DNA of 56,471 nt, from IMG/VR virus record IMGVR_UViG_3300045988_098109, one strand, 5' to 3'. The DNA is from a virus. How positions within the stretch are numbered: the first letter of the stretch is position 1; each line of letters begins with the position of its first letter. This document shows, in pieces, positions 20,001-28,800 of this stretch. The translations under genes were made by a program, and so were the position numbers. Below the pieces are notes generated by a model. That model was not told the origin of the DNA. It saw only the letters and a list, made by a program, of their open reading frames with translations, and did not search any database.

Positions 20001-20711
20001 GACAGAGGTGTATGGGCTTCCGGACAGACATACGTATGGAATGCAAAACAGCGTGACAAGATCATTCACAAAATAGGTGAAGTTTATTACAATTTTCTTG
20101 TGCGCAACTATGGAAGTTCTGTATCAGCGGCTCCTACATCCGCTAACGGAGATTCCAACTGGGAAGCCATGCAGAAATACAAAAGTCTGGTAACCGACAT
20201 ATTCCTTGCTGATAAGGCGAACATAGCCGGATTTATGTTCAAGTTGAACGGATACACATCGGACGGGGCACCTTACGGTATCATGCAGTCACAGGACAGC
20301 ACTAACGGCCAGCCTAATCTGAGGATGGACACAAAGACCGGAGAGATTCTTTGTCAGAAAGCGAATATCACCGGGACTATCATAGCGACAAAGGGGACAA
20401 TTGGCGGATTCAATATCGGTAATAATTTTATCGGCAGCACTAATATGTCGGCTGTAAATGTTGATAATTTGTTGCTGCAATACGACAAATTTGAAATGAA
20501 ATACGAACGGTTCCAGTCAATAGACGGACATTTATACCAAGGTATTTTGGATACAGTAATTAGAAGTGGAAGTATAACTGTATCATCAACCGGGGATGTT
20601 TCAACAGCGAATGATGCTCTGTATGTAAGATGTGGAAGTTATATTTTTTCAGTCGGGCGAAACGGAATTCGCAAGTCAACGAATGGAGGAAGTACCTGGG
20701 TGGATTTATAA
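17028..20711 (+). CDS. Tail fibre / receptor-recognition protein
   Basis: 1227 aa, collinear with residues from about 590 to the end of the 1811-aa protein at 25874-31309 (FLLSLLGGTVIKKYAKFGDFVTGV...). It contains an internal duplicated module, GHWES..TPY..N..V......YLSKV.TSNPPI. Confidence 0.75.
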   Translation: MSDSVDILKKLALQVRNASTEGENTAERIGRIFIGILENMDNSDLEKLTKYFLRKDKEDSTNFLLSLLGGTVIKKYAKFGDFVTGVLGGYIDEKGNLEMESGVFRKRLFVPEIAYNRTTYFKGRMVNSPGGGCTVLSYVDNGDGTYTITPDLTDADGLSQFVDDILTTYFVTKNSEGKLNGFEEMKFRVTAADYTAKKFTVIPRPGHSDWKPAEQMVLAQTGNFTDPERQTYILIDSVNGNNCITFFDNANTWDPEPAQMKSWFGKKKGMTVAGINADSYSAVLQNIIMTGLIFQVDEITGQTVRVPLDKGEWVSGKYAYYDRVSHNGALWLCVDDNGTTTEPSDDNPAWLKQVAEGQKGDPGLSVVGGGHWESSKTPYKANTMVTLANCVFLSKVKTSNPPIRIARFRNGSYRRKKDSGYILAGKSADWTVHEDWEILLDGRELKGESITFLGEFASHPSNPKEGDSYRNTADHCTYIYRNGLWMVMVKDGTDGKDGKGYEWIYTRTNIIGLTPDKPESKQQDDYIPEGWTDDFLGVDADHQVEWACKRVKRDGVWSEWSTPAPVHRWSKDGESNVMADLDNEMVSVALTSTGVTTSAQSWTTHVSMWYGTEKLTLESLTVSTPAGFTASTSKATGAVAISVAAGKSVPEQNTVTITLAAMKNGQLYTRELTFKITGVRGGADGSDAVIYSLVTSATMVSKNKNGGYSVASVSCRRMKTVGAVTTATTDGELKYSRDGAAEVPIGDGVGVASGNFTSSLKFVFYVNGQAVDVETVPMVVDGSDGKDGESITAAGHWESANTPYAKNSTVSFAGGSYLSKVETSNPPIKIAKFRNGRLRRKRDGGYILAGRSANRTVHADWQEMVAPVGPSASYWLDSPVSVINFTSTGTPSPSGFLVTCKQNVAGNVSTCSTLYLAARKYNGSWLAHVGATLNSQISVPATAGYTQFAVRAYKSASDAAAWNDNYVAEKGVGVANDGSIGATGATGAFPYDRGVWASGQTYVWNAKQRDKIIHKIGEVYYNFLVRNYGSSVSAAPTSANGDSNWEAMQKYKSLVTDIFLADKANIAGFMFKLNGYTSDGAPYGIMQSQDSTNGQPNLRMDTKTGEILCQKANITGTIIATKGTIGGFNIGNNFIGSTNMSAVNVDNLLLQYDKFEMKYERFQSIDGHLYQGILDTVIRSGSITVSSTGDVSTANDALYVRCGSYIFSVGRNGIRKSTNGGSTWVDL

Positions 20712-20729
20712 CATTTAAAATATTAAAGT

Positions 20730-21023
20730 ATGAGAATAAATTTTGCACAATTTCCTATTTACGACGGGATTAAGAAAGAAAAACTGATAGCCAACAACAT
20801 CACTGAGGCCTACGGTGACTGGATATACAAGAACGTAGCGGGTTTGAAGGCGCATCTCCTTGCTGAGAAGATATTCAAATCTACTGCTGAAGGTGTCGAG
20901 ATTGACGAAGAAGAGGTGGATATCATAAGACGCTCCACCTCCATGCTGCCCGGTCTGCTGGCTGATTCTTTGAATGATTATTTAGATAAAAAGGAGGAAC
21001 AACATGAAAAAAGTATATTGTAA
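20730..21023 (+). CDS. Conserved fibre-module protein (97 aa)
   Basis: MRINFAQFPIYDGIKKEKLIA... is about 90 percent identical to 25572-25859 on the opposite strand. Confidence 0.6.
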   Translation: MRINFAQFPIYDGIKKEKLIANNITEAYGDWIYKNVAGLKAHLLAEKIFKSTAEGVEIDEEEVDIIRRSTSMLPGLLADSLNDYLDKKEEQHEKSIL

Positions 21024-21423
21024 CAACCTTCTGGCAAAGGTGCTGCTTGCGTTCAGTTCTTGCCATACGATAACAATCGGTCCGTTTGTTTTAAGCAAGC
21101 GACCGGAAGAGAAAATCACTCAGAAAGTGAGAAACCATGAGTGTACCCACGCCCGTCAATGGGTTGAGATGGCAGTTGCCATCGGTACAGTTATCTGGAT
21201 CTTGCTGTTGTGTTTTGACCTTTCCGCCTGGTGGCTGGTACTGGCCGGGCTGGCATTCTATCTCTGGTATGGTGTGGAGTGGCTGGTCAGGGCGGTACGG
21301 TTGAAGGATGCCGGCAGGGCGTATAAGACGGTATCGTTTGAGAGGGAGGCATATTCCAACGAGGATGATCCGAATTATATTGAGAACAGTAATTATTTTG
21401 CATGGGTGAAGTATTTGTTTTAA
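21004..21423 (+). CDS. HExxH-motif membrane protein (putative metallopeptidase)
   Basis: HECTH motif plus a FEREAYSNEDDPNY tail, homologous to 24864-25361 (HETIH...YEMEAYANEGNPDY). This copy carries an inserted hydrophobic hairpin. Confidence 0.5.
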   Translation: MKKVYCNNLLAKVLLAFSSCHTITIGPFVLSKRPEEKITQKVRNHECTHARQWVEMAVAIGTVIWILLLCFDLSAWWLVLAGLAFYLWYGVEWLVRAVRLKDAGRAYKTVSFEREAYSNEDDPNYIENSNYFAWVKYLF

Positions 21424-21439
21424 TTTTAAAATTTGCATT

Positions 21440-22117
21440 ATGGACTTGAATAATATAGTTGGCTTTAAAGCTGTGGATAAAAACGGCAACGAACGACAGG
21501 TGACCGTCGATGAGATGACAGAATTAGTTTCCGCACGGATTGTTTCCGCTGCATCAGAAATATCAACATTTGCTGCCGCTGCGGCAGCCGGAACAGATGA
21601 GTTTGAGGACCAGTTGCCCCAGTCCGACACCTTCTCTTGGCTCCGTACTTTGGACGGTTCCAAGAACCCAACTTTGACATCTTCTTCGGCTGCCGCGAAA
21701 GTCCTGGGAGGACTTTTGCCGCTTGCCAGTATTACATCAAAGGGGCTAATCAGCGGATTGATTGTGTTTAATGCCTACATTTCTTCTACTACGACATGTG
21801 TTTTAATAGAAGGATCATTTAATGAATCAGGAGGTATGGGTGTCGTTAATTTGGATTTCCGACCTTATGGTATGGCATCGTATTCCATTTCATTGTTCAT
21901 TGATTCTGTAGTGAGAGCTTCCGTTATAAACGGAACCAATAAAAATTCTTTTTCCATTTACTATTTAACGGAAGGTGGTTTGATAAGAATCAAAATCATA
22001 TTTATATACGATGGTCCTATATCAATGGTAGCAAGAGGAAACAACACTGTCATTAAATCCATCTCTAAATCCGAAAATTTAGATACAAATGGTTTTAATA
22101 AAGTAACAATATCTTAA
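21440..22117 (+). CDS. Small receptor-binding tip protein A (constant N-terminus plus variable C-terminus)
   Basis: The N-terminus MDLNNIVGFKAVDKNGNERQVTVDEM...STFAAAAAAG is homologous to gene B (24160-24852). The C-terminus after LGGLL (junction 21704) is unrelated. Confidence 0.7.
   Translation: MDLNNIVGFKAVDKNGNERQVTVDEMTELVSARIVSAASEISTFAAAAAAGTDEFEDQLPQSDTFSWLRTLDGSKNPTLTSSSAAAKVLGGLLPLASITSKGLISGLIVFNAYISSTTTCVLIEGSFNESGGMGVVNLDFRPYGMASYSISLFIDSVVRASVINGTNKNSFSIYYLTEGGLIRIKIIFIYDGPISMVARGNNTVIKSISKSENLDTNGFNKVTIS
21704..21714 (+). repeat. Cassette junction repeat J_A (CTGGGAGGACT)
   Basis: Matches 11 of 12 positions of the core CTGGGAG(A/G)ACTG at the constant/variable boundary of gene A. 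Confidence 0.7.
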
Positions 22118-22456
22118 CAAATATCAAAGAAAACCGACCTGGGAGAACTGCTGGAAAATAGATTGGTAAAATATAAGGAAATGAATCTTGGAGCAAATGA
22201 GATAATAGATACTGGTGCGAATACAGGATTAATACGTTTTAAAATTAATGCAACATCTGCATCATGTGTGTTTTTTTGCAATTCAGGATCATCTAATATA
22301 ATGCTAATAACACAGAATGTCGATAATTATTTTACAACCAATAAATCTTCTAATAGTGAGAAAATAGCTATTTATAAAGAGTCTGACAACGGTAACATTT
22401 TAATAAAGAATCTAACAGCCATTAACTATGGAACTTTTGTGTTTTATTACATATAA
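22118..22456 (+). other. Silent tip cassette C1 (no upstream start)
   Basis: The frame opens directly after the gene A TAA stop and reads QISKKTDLGELLENRL.... The only starts are internal (TTG at 22163). Confidence 0.6.
22134..22150 (+). repeat. Junction repeat J1 (CCGACCTGGGAGAACTG)
   Basis: 17 nt identical to J3 at 22772-22788. Confidence 0.85.
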
Positions 22457-22468
22457 GATCTCAGATAA

Positions 22469-22756
22469 CTACTTCTGGGAGGACTGATAGGAATAAATAA
22501 TACGTGGTTTAGAACACGAAGTCAATATAAAGGAAGCATACTACAAGCCCCAACCGGTATATACCGACCTGCCCCGGGCGTTATTACTGACACCCTTTCA
22601 GGGGGTGGACTTATTCTAGTTTTTAGGATGGACGATAATAATGCTTGTGTTTTTCAAGTGACCGGGAATGGCATCTTAGCTGTTCGTACAATGAATGTAA
22701 ACAACGGTAAATGGAGCGACTGGGATACAATAGCTAATCCAAGTTTTCCAACATAA
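22469..22756 (+). other. Silent tip cassette C2 (no start codon)
   Basis: A 95-codon open frame reads LLLGGLIGINNTWFRT...NGKWSDWDTIANPSFPT. Its first ATG is at codon 54. It is absent from the ORF track. Confidence 0.6.
22472..22486 (+). repeat. Junction repeat J2 (CTTCTGGGAGGACTG)
   Basis: Core plus the CTTC-type flank shared with J4 and J6. Confidence 0.85.
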
Positions 22757-22761
22757 TATAG

Positions 22762-23052
22762 TGCCACAAACCCGACCTGGGAGAACTGTTGGGGATAAAT
22801 GATACGTGGTTAAGGTTCAGAGATCAGAAAGAAATAGAATCTCAAGACGAATTAGATCAGATGAATTATAGCGGAATATACTTACTATCACAAAAATCAA
22901 AATTAGAATATGTCCGTAATTGTGTATTAGTTGTAATCGGCAAACCTAATATCTGTTGTATTCAGAATCTATATAATTATAGCGGAGATATTTATAAATA
23001 TCGAGTGAAATGGTTTAGTAACAGTTGGGGTAATTGGCAAACCGTATCTTAG
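22762..23052 (+). other. Silent tip cassette C3
   Basis: The open frame reads CHKPDLGELLGINDTWLRF...WGNWQTVS. The only start is the TTG inside the junction (22789). Confidence 0.6.
22772..22788 (+). repeat. Junction repeat J3 (CCGACCTGGGAGAACTG)
   Basis: Identical to J1. Confidence 0.85.
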
Positions 23053-23060
23053 ACATGATT

Positions 23061-23096
23061 AAAAAACGGGTGGTCCGGTACAAGCCGGTGCCACCC
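23061..23096 (-). terminator. Hairpin terminator at the convergence point
   Basis: GGGTGG-T-CCGG-TACAAG-CCGG-TG-CCACCC. The T-run (AAAAAA on the + strand at 23061-23066) follows the hairpin only on the minus strand. Confidence 0.6.
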
Positions 23097-23145
23097 GATC
23101 CTGATATGCACAACGCCATGTGCGGTGCAAAGGTAATCCATGTTT

Positions 23146-23433
23146 CTAAGAAGCCAATACAAAAGACCTAAAATCTCCCCATTCCCCATTATAATTACGG
23201 CGGAAACCAACAACATCCTCACCTAGACGGAATGTCATTTGAATGACATATCCTTGTCCATCGTTAAAAACTATCATTATGGAATAATTTGAAACAACAC
23301 TAATTCCGTTTCGTCCGAATACATGATACATTCCGCTTGCAGTTGCACTATTTACCTCTTCGTCTGTACTTAATATACCTTTGGGCATAAACGGGAACAG
23401 CTTCAAACCGTTCATTAGTCCTCCCAGAAGTAA
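23146..23433 (-). other. Tip cassette C4
   Basis: Reads LLLGGL-MNGLKLFPFMPKG...NGEWGDFRSFVLAS. An ATG lies immediately after the junction, so it could be expressed alone. Confidence 0.55.
23417..23430 (-). repeat. Junction repeat J4 (CTTCTGGGAGGACT)
   Basis: The reverse complement of AGTCCTCCCAGAAG. Confidence 0.85.
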
Positions 23434-23441
23434 AAAATAGT

Positions 23442-23732
23442 TTACTTGTGCGCAATATTCCTTACTCTGACAGATTCTTCTCCTGATAAAGCCGTTGCGT
23501 ACAAATGGCTTTCTTGTACTCTAAATTTAATCCTATAATTTACTCCTCCTAATACATATGAATTATCGTAATCAATTACGACTAAAGTTGACACGGAATC
23601 TAGATAGGAATTTGAAACGTAATAAACACCAGTACCATTAGCTATTAGTGTTTCTTCTCCTTTTGCTAAAGTGAAAGAACTATAGGTATTCCCAATCAGT
23701 CCTCCCAGGTCAGTGCTATATCTTTTGTCACG
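23442..23732 (-). other. Silent tip cassette C5 (no start codon)
   Basis: The frame opens directly after the C6 TGA stop and reads RDKRYSTDLGGLIGNTYSSFTLAKGEE...RNIAHK. It is absent from the ORF track. Confidence 0.6.
23697..23711 (-). repeat. Junction repeat J5 (GACCTGGGAGGACTG)
   Basis: GACC-type flank, as in J1 and J3. Confidence 0.85.
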
Positions 23733-24159
23733 TCAAGATATTGGTACTTCAATCGCCCCACTAGGAATAGCATTGATTGATTCTATTTTGCTCGTGTTCA
23801 CAAGACCTAATCGTGACACTATTATTTTCGCATACCAATTAGCTTTTATGTAAAAGCAAAATCTTTCTGTATCAACTGTATAATACATATTAATGTTACT
23901 AATTTTGGTTCCGTTTATCAATTTACAAAAGACTTTATTTGCATTCCATCTAATCATAGACACTGCGACTGAGAACGAGTCTCCACCAACATTTGTAACA
24001 CTAATTACAGACTCATTTATTGATCCGGCATTTGGCATAAATACACTAATCTTACAATATTGATTATTATCTTTAGATAATTCTAAAGGTACCATACCGG
24101 AACTCATCAACCCGCTTTTATTTGATGTTGCATTCCCAATCAGTTCTCCCAGAAGTGGA
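23733..24159 (-). other. Tip cassette C6 (long type)
   Basis: PLLGELIGNATSNKSGLMSSG... parallels gene B, KLGELIGTATANKNGLMSK. The only in-frame ATG is downstream of the junction. Confidence 0.6.
24141..24155 (-). repeat. Junction repeat J6 (CTTCTGGGAGAACTG)
   Basis: Core plus the CTTC flank. Confidence 0.85.
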
Positions 24160-24852
24160 TTAATCAGGTGTAGGTGTAATTATTTCACCTGTAATATTGG
24201 AAAAATCAGAAAAGTCTATTGTTAAGAAATTCGGTCTTGTTCTTCTAACTAATGATACCTTATACGAGATGGAAGAATCATCCGACTTAGGTAACACATA
24301 CAATTTACTATTTGCATATTTAAAATCGCACCAATGCGCCCCCATATATTTTATTTCTATGTTTTTAGATCCAGTAGGTATTGACATCACTCTATAAAAT
24401 GCAGTATTAGCTCCCGAATAGACATATATTTCTATCAACGAAGAAGAAGTATATAAACCATTAGAATCAGCTTTATAGTCAATAATCAGACCTTTTCCTC
24501 TTTCTATATCAGTTACTACAAATATTTTACTCATTAATCCATTCTTATTAGCCGTAGCTGTACCAATCAGTTCTCCCAGTTTTGATGCAAGCGACTGCAT
24601 CGTCATTTTTGCCGCATCTCCGCTACTTTGTAAAACTCTTACATTTGCGGCATCCGTCACTGTCGGAAGTTCATTCTCATACACGTCATTTCCTGTTGCC
24701 GCAGCGGCGGCAAATGTTGAAGTTTCAGACAAAGCCATAACCATTCTTGTGGAAACCATATCCACCATTTCATCTACTGTCACATTTTGTTCGTTGCCGT
24801 CTTTATCCACAGCCTTGAAGCCAACTATATTTTCTAAATTCAAATCACTCAT
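24160..24852 (-). CDS. Small receptor-binding tip protein B (constant N-terminus plus variable C-terminus)
   Basis: The start at 24852 (MSDLNLENIVGFKAVDKDGNE) was chosen by homology to gene A. The junction KLGELIG is at 24568-24579. Confidence 0.7.
   Translation of the reverse strand: MSDLNLENIVGFKAVDKDGNEQNVTVDEMVDMVSTRMVMALSETSTFAAAAATGNDVYENELPTVTDAANVRVLQSSGDAAKMTMQSLASKLGELIGTATANKNGLMSKIFVVTDIERGKGLIIDYKADSNGLYTSSSLIEIYVYSGANTAFYRVMSIPTGSKNIEIKYMGAHWCDFKYANSKLYVLPKSDDSSISYKVSLVRRTRPNFLTIDFSDFSNITGEIITPTPD
24568..24579 (-). repeat. Junction repeat J_B (CTGGGAGAACTG)
   Basis: Exact core inside gene B. Confidence 0.85.
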
Positions 24853-24863
24853 AATATCAATTT

Positions 24864-25361
24864 TTATAAAGTTCTTATATAAGTTTTCCACGCTTTAGAA
24901 GTGCCGCCAACCGATTTGTACAGCTTCTTCCTACCACCTTTTATCTTGTAACGGGAAAGGTTGTTCCCGTTATAGTTCACGGGATAATCCGGATTGCCTT
25001 CGTTGGCATACGCCTCCATTTCATACGGAATGGTATAATACGCTGAACTCGCAGGATGGCAGATAGGGTTTCCCTTAACCCATTCGACAAAATACCGCCA
25101 GTAGTATTTTACCCATGAGCCGATAACCTGTGCCTGACGCAGGTGTATGGTTTCGTGCGTCAGGCTTTCCTTACCCGCATAGGTCTGCATATACCTATCT
25201 ATGTTCTCCTTGTTCTCGGCACGGTATATCATCCGTCCGCACCACATCATGAAACGGTATCCCTTGAAAGGATAATGCTTCATGGCAAGCAGCTCAGGAG
25301 TATCAAAATCACCCGGCTTGCTTGAGAACAGCATCTTGATTAATTGCCATAATTCTTTCAT
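24864..25361 (-). CDS. HExxH-motif protein (putative metallopeptidase)
   Basis: 165 aa with HETIH...YEMEAYANEGNPDY. Homologue of 21004-21423 without the hydrophobic insert. Confidence 0.5.
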   Translation of the reverse strand: MKELWQLIKMLFSSKPGDFDTPELLAMKHYPFKGYRFMMWCGRMIYRAENKENIDRYMQTYAGKESLTHETIHLRQAQVIGSWVKYYWRYFVEWVKGNPICHPASSAYYTIPYEMEAYANEGNPDYPVNYNGNNLSRYKIKGGRKKLYKSVGGTSKAWKTYIRTL

Positions 25362-25582
25362 AGCGTTTCTATTTCAGATTCAAGTTCAGCGATATGGTTA
25401 TCAATACACGTGCTCACCTCGCCATTGAAGTTTGCTATATCCAGTTCCACGCATCCGGCACTTGACCGGGCGCTGCTGTAGATACGGACATAGCCTCCGT
25501 TATTCAATGTTTCCTTAGCCAGCTTCAGTTTCGCCAGTTCGTCATTGATCCGGCTGGCACGTTCCAAATTCTCAATCTTCAT
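25358..25582 (-). CDS. Hypothetical coiled-coil protein
   Basis: Start MKIENLERAS preferred. There is no counterpart in unit L. Confidence 0.45.
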   Translation of the reverse strand: MKIENLERASRINDELAKLKLAKETLNNGGYVRIYSSARSSAGCVELDIANFNGEVSTCIDNHIAELESEIETL

Positions 25583-25859
25583 GTTGTTCCTCCTTCTTTT
25601 TATCCAGATAATCATTCAATGAATCGGCCAGCAAGCCGGACAACATAGGGGTAGAACGTCTTATGATATCCACCTCCTCTTCGTCAAGTTCCACACCATC
25701 TACAGTCGACTTGAAGATTTTCTCCGCAAGGAGATGCGCCTTCAAACCCGCTACGTTCTTATATATCCAGTCACCGAAGGCCTCAGTGATGTTACTGGCT
25801 ATAAGCTTTTCTTTTTTAATCCCATCATAAATAGGGAATTGTGCAAAATTTATTCTCAT
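25572..25859 (-). CDS. Conserved fibre-module protein (95 aa)
   Basis: Homologue of 20730-21023. Confidence 0.6.
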   Translation of the reverse strand: MRINFAQFPIYDGIKKEKLIASNITEAFGDWIYKNVAGLKAHLLAEKIFKSTVDGVELDEEEVDIIRRSTPMLSGLLADSLNDYLDKKKEEQHED

Positions 25860-25873
25860 ACTTTATATTTAAA

Positions 25874-28800
25874 TTATCCGCAATAAAACATAACCCAATA
25901 ATTACCCATACACTTAATGAAGCCGGATGCAAAATCCAAATCAATATAAGACACCTCCCGTCCTCCGGGAGCAGGCAGGATCCGTCCTCCTGTCAATCTT
26001 ACTCCGCCGCTCATACGTTTGAAGTATATAGTATGTCCCGGAACATCCGGAGGAAGTGTCACTTCTATATTACCCGTATTAATAAACATCACATTGTCAT
26101 CATTGTTATTCAGGGAAGTGCTGACAGAGATATTCCTCCAGTTGCCAACTATGCCACGAAGAGAAACATAGCTGTCATTGTTCGGATGAAGGAAAATGTT
26201 ACCGCCTTCCACGAACAGGGGAATGCTCGGGGTCTTGATGTGCATCCCGATCATGGCATTCGGACTCTGTATATCAATTCCGGCATCATACTTAATCCCT
26301 TCAATAGTGACAAACTGCGTGTTTCCCCCGATTCTTACGTTTGCAAATGTCCTTTCATTATAAAATTCAATTTGCCCGGCAGACAGGTTGAAACCGACGT
26401 ATTTATTTGTTTCATTTTCATAAAGGATCTTTGAGGACAATACTCCCGAAGCGATGGAGAACGGACCGATACGTCCTTTATCCGCTGTGATTGTTCCTGT
26501 AATCTCTGCATTCTTACATTTGAAATACCCGGTTACGCCATTGATAAGAAGAGTTTCACCTTCATCGTTGTGGGATTTAAGCACATTGTTTTTGAACATG
26601 AAGCCGGCTACATTCGCACCATCGGCAAACAGGGTGTCAGTAGCGATATTCACAAACTTCTGCATGGCTTCCCAGTTCGAATCCCCGTTGGCTGATGTGG
26701 GTGCAACGGTAACGGAAGCACCGTAATTCTTTACAAGGAAATTATAATAAACTCCCCCTATCAGATATATGACCTTATCCCGGTAATCCGCATTCCAGAC
26801 ATAAGTCTGTCCTGATGCGAATACACCTCTGTCACGGGGAAACGCCCCTGTTGCTCCTGTTGCTCCTATGGCACCATCATTAGCTACACCCACCCCTTTT
26901 TCAGCGACAAAATTATTATTCCATGCGTTCGCGTCCGATGCGGATTGATAAGCCCGGACGGCAAACTGGGTGTATCCGGCTGTCGCTGGAACGGATATCT
27001 GATTGCTTAGGGTAGCACCTACATGAGCCAGCCAGCTTCCGTTATATTTCCGTGCGACAAGATAGAACCTGTTCGTATCGCTCACATTGCCGCCTACATT
27101 CTGTTTCATGGTAACGACAAACGCTGACGGTGACGGTGTGCCTGTTGACGTGAAGTTTATCGTGCTTACCGGGCTGTCAAGCCAGTACGAAGCGGACGGT
27201 TCGACACCGGAAGTCATTTCCTGCCAGTCGGAGTTGACAGCCTTGTCCGATCTCTTCCCGGAAAGTATGTAACCGCCATCCTTCTTCCTTAGATAACGTC
27301 CACCTCTCACGCGAAGAAGCGGAAGTGGCGGATTGGATGTTTGAACCTTGCTTAAGTAAGATCCTCCGGCAAACGATACTGTACTGTTCTTGGCATACGG
27401 GGTATTGGCGGATTCCCAATGACCTGCGGCTGTGATGCTCTCACCGTCAGCACCGTCCTTACCGTCAGAAAGCATGGGAACGGTTTCAACATCCACTATC
27501 TGGTCATTCACGTAAAAGATAAACTTCAATGTCTTCGTAAAGTTTCCGCTTGATATGGCTGTATTGTTGTTTATGGTAGCTTCTGCTCCACCGTCTATGC
27601 TGTATTTCAATGTACCGTCTGTTGTGGTGGATATTACGCCTCCCACTGACTTCTGCCTGTAACATGATACGGAAGACACGCTGTAGTTCCCGTTCTTGTC
27701 CTTGCTTACAGAAGTGGCGGAAACGACAATGCTGTATAGAATGGCATCCGCACCATTCGCTCCCCCACGCACACCAGCTACTGTGAATGTCAGATCACGG
27801 GAATACTGCTGCCCGTTCTTTGTAGCCCTGATTGTGATCTTCACCGTGTTTGTCGCAGCAAGAGTAGCTCCGGCAGATACCGATATTGTCACTACTCCCG
27901 TATTCTTGTCTGTCGCACACAGAAGATTTGTGTCAGGTGTACAGGTGATGCTGTCAAGCGTGAGCTTCTCCGTTCCATACCACATACTGACAGTTGTATT
28001 CCAAGTCTGTGAGGATACGACCTTCCCGTCTGAAGTAAGGGCTGCATTGACCATCTCGTTATCGAAGTCCGCCATGATGGCATTCTCTCCGTCCTTACTC
28101 CAGCGATGCACCACGGCAGGAGTGCTGAACTCTGACCATACACCGTTTTCCTTGAAACGCTTGCAGCCCCATTCAACCTGATGGTCTGCGTCCACGCCAA
28201 CAAAATCATCCGTCCAGCCTTCGGGGATATAATCATCCTTCTGCTGGCTGTCAGGCTTTTCAGGAGGATTATCTATGATATTGCCTCTTGTGTATATATA
28301 CTCATAGTCCTTACCGTCTTTTCCGTCCGATATCATAAGCTGCCATCTTCCGTCCTGATAGATGTAGGTAGCACGGTCAGTCGTGTTACGGTATGAATCA
28401 CCGTTTTTCGGATTGGCAGGAGCCGTGGCAAATTCACCAAGGAAAGTGATACTCTCACCTTTCAGTTCACGCCCGTCAAGCAGCATATCCCAGTCTTCGT
28501 TAACCTCCCAGTCCGCAGGTTTCCCGGCAAGATAATAACCACCGTCCTTCTTTCTTAAGAAATTGCCACCTTTGATACGCAATATTCTGATGGGAGGATT
28601 GGAGGTTTCCACCTTGGAGATAAAAACACAGCCCGCCAAAGTGACCATGGTATTGACCTCGTATGGGGTCTTAGAGGATTCCCAATGACCGCCACCTATT
28701 ACAGACAGTCCCGGATCACCCTTGTCACCTTTGGCGGCTGATACAAGCCAGTCCGGATTGTTTTCGGATGGCTCGGAAGTAGTGCCCTTGTCATTGACGC

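Noticed and set aside
21561-21590. GCN-rich tract encoding the poly-Ala run (AAAAAAG) in tip genes A and B, considered as a slipped-strand phase-variation repeat
   Set aside because: The Ala codons are mixed (gct gcc gct gcg gca gcc), so there is no perfect short tandem DNA repeat that could slip.
22115-22135. Translational readthrough linking gene A to cassette C1 (and C6 to C5), because the stops are followed in frame by the next cassette
   Set aside because: Frame continuity has a one-in-three chance per junction. C1 and C2 are separated by two stops. Readthrough would give tandem tip domains with a duplicated junction motif. A DNA rearrangement model explains the conserved core better.
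25841-26434. 197-aa plus-strand ORF at the 3' end of the unit R fibre gene, and the 190-aa minus-strand ORF at 21091-21663
   Set aside because: Both are antisense to genes whose protein sequences are conserved between the two units. The conserved frame is on the other strand.
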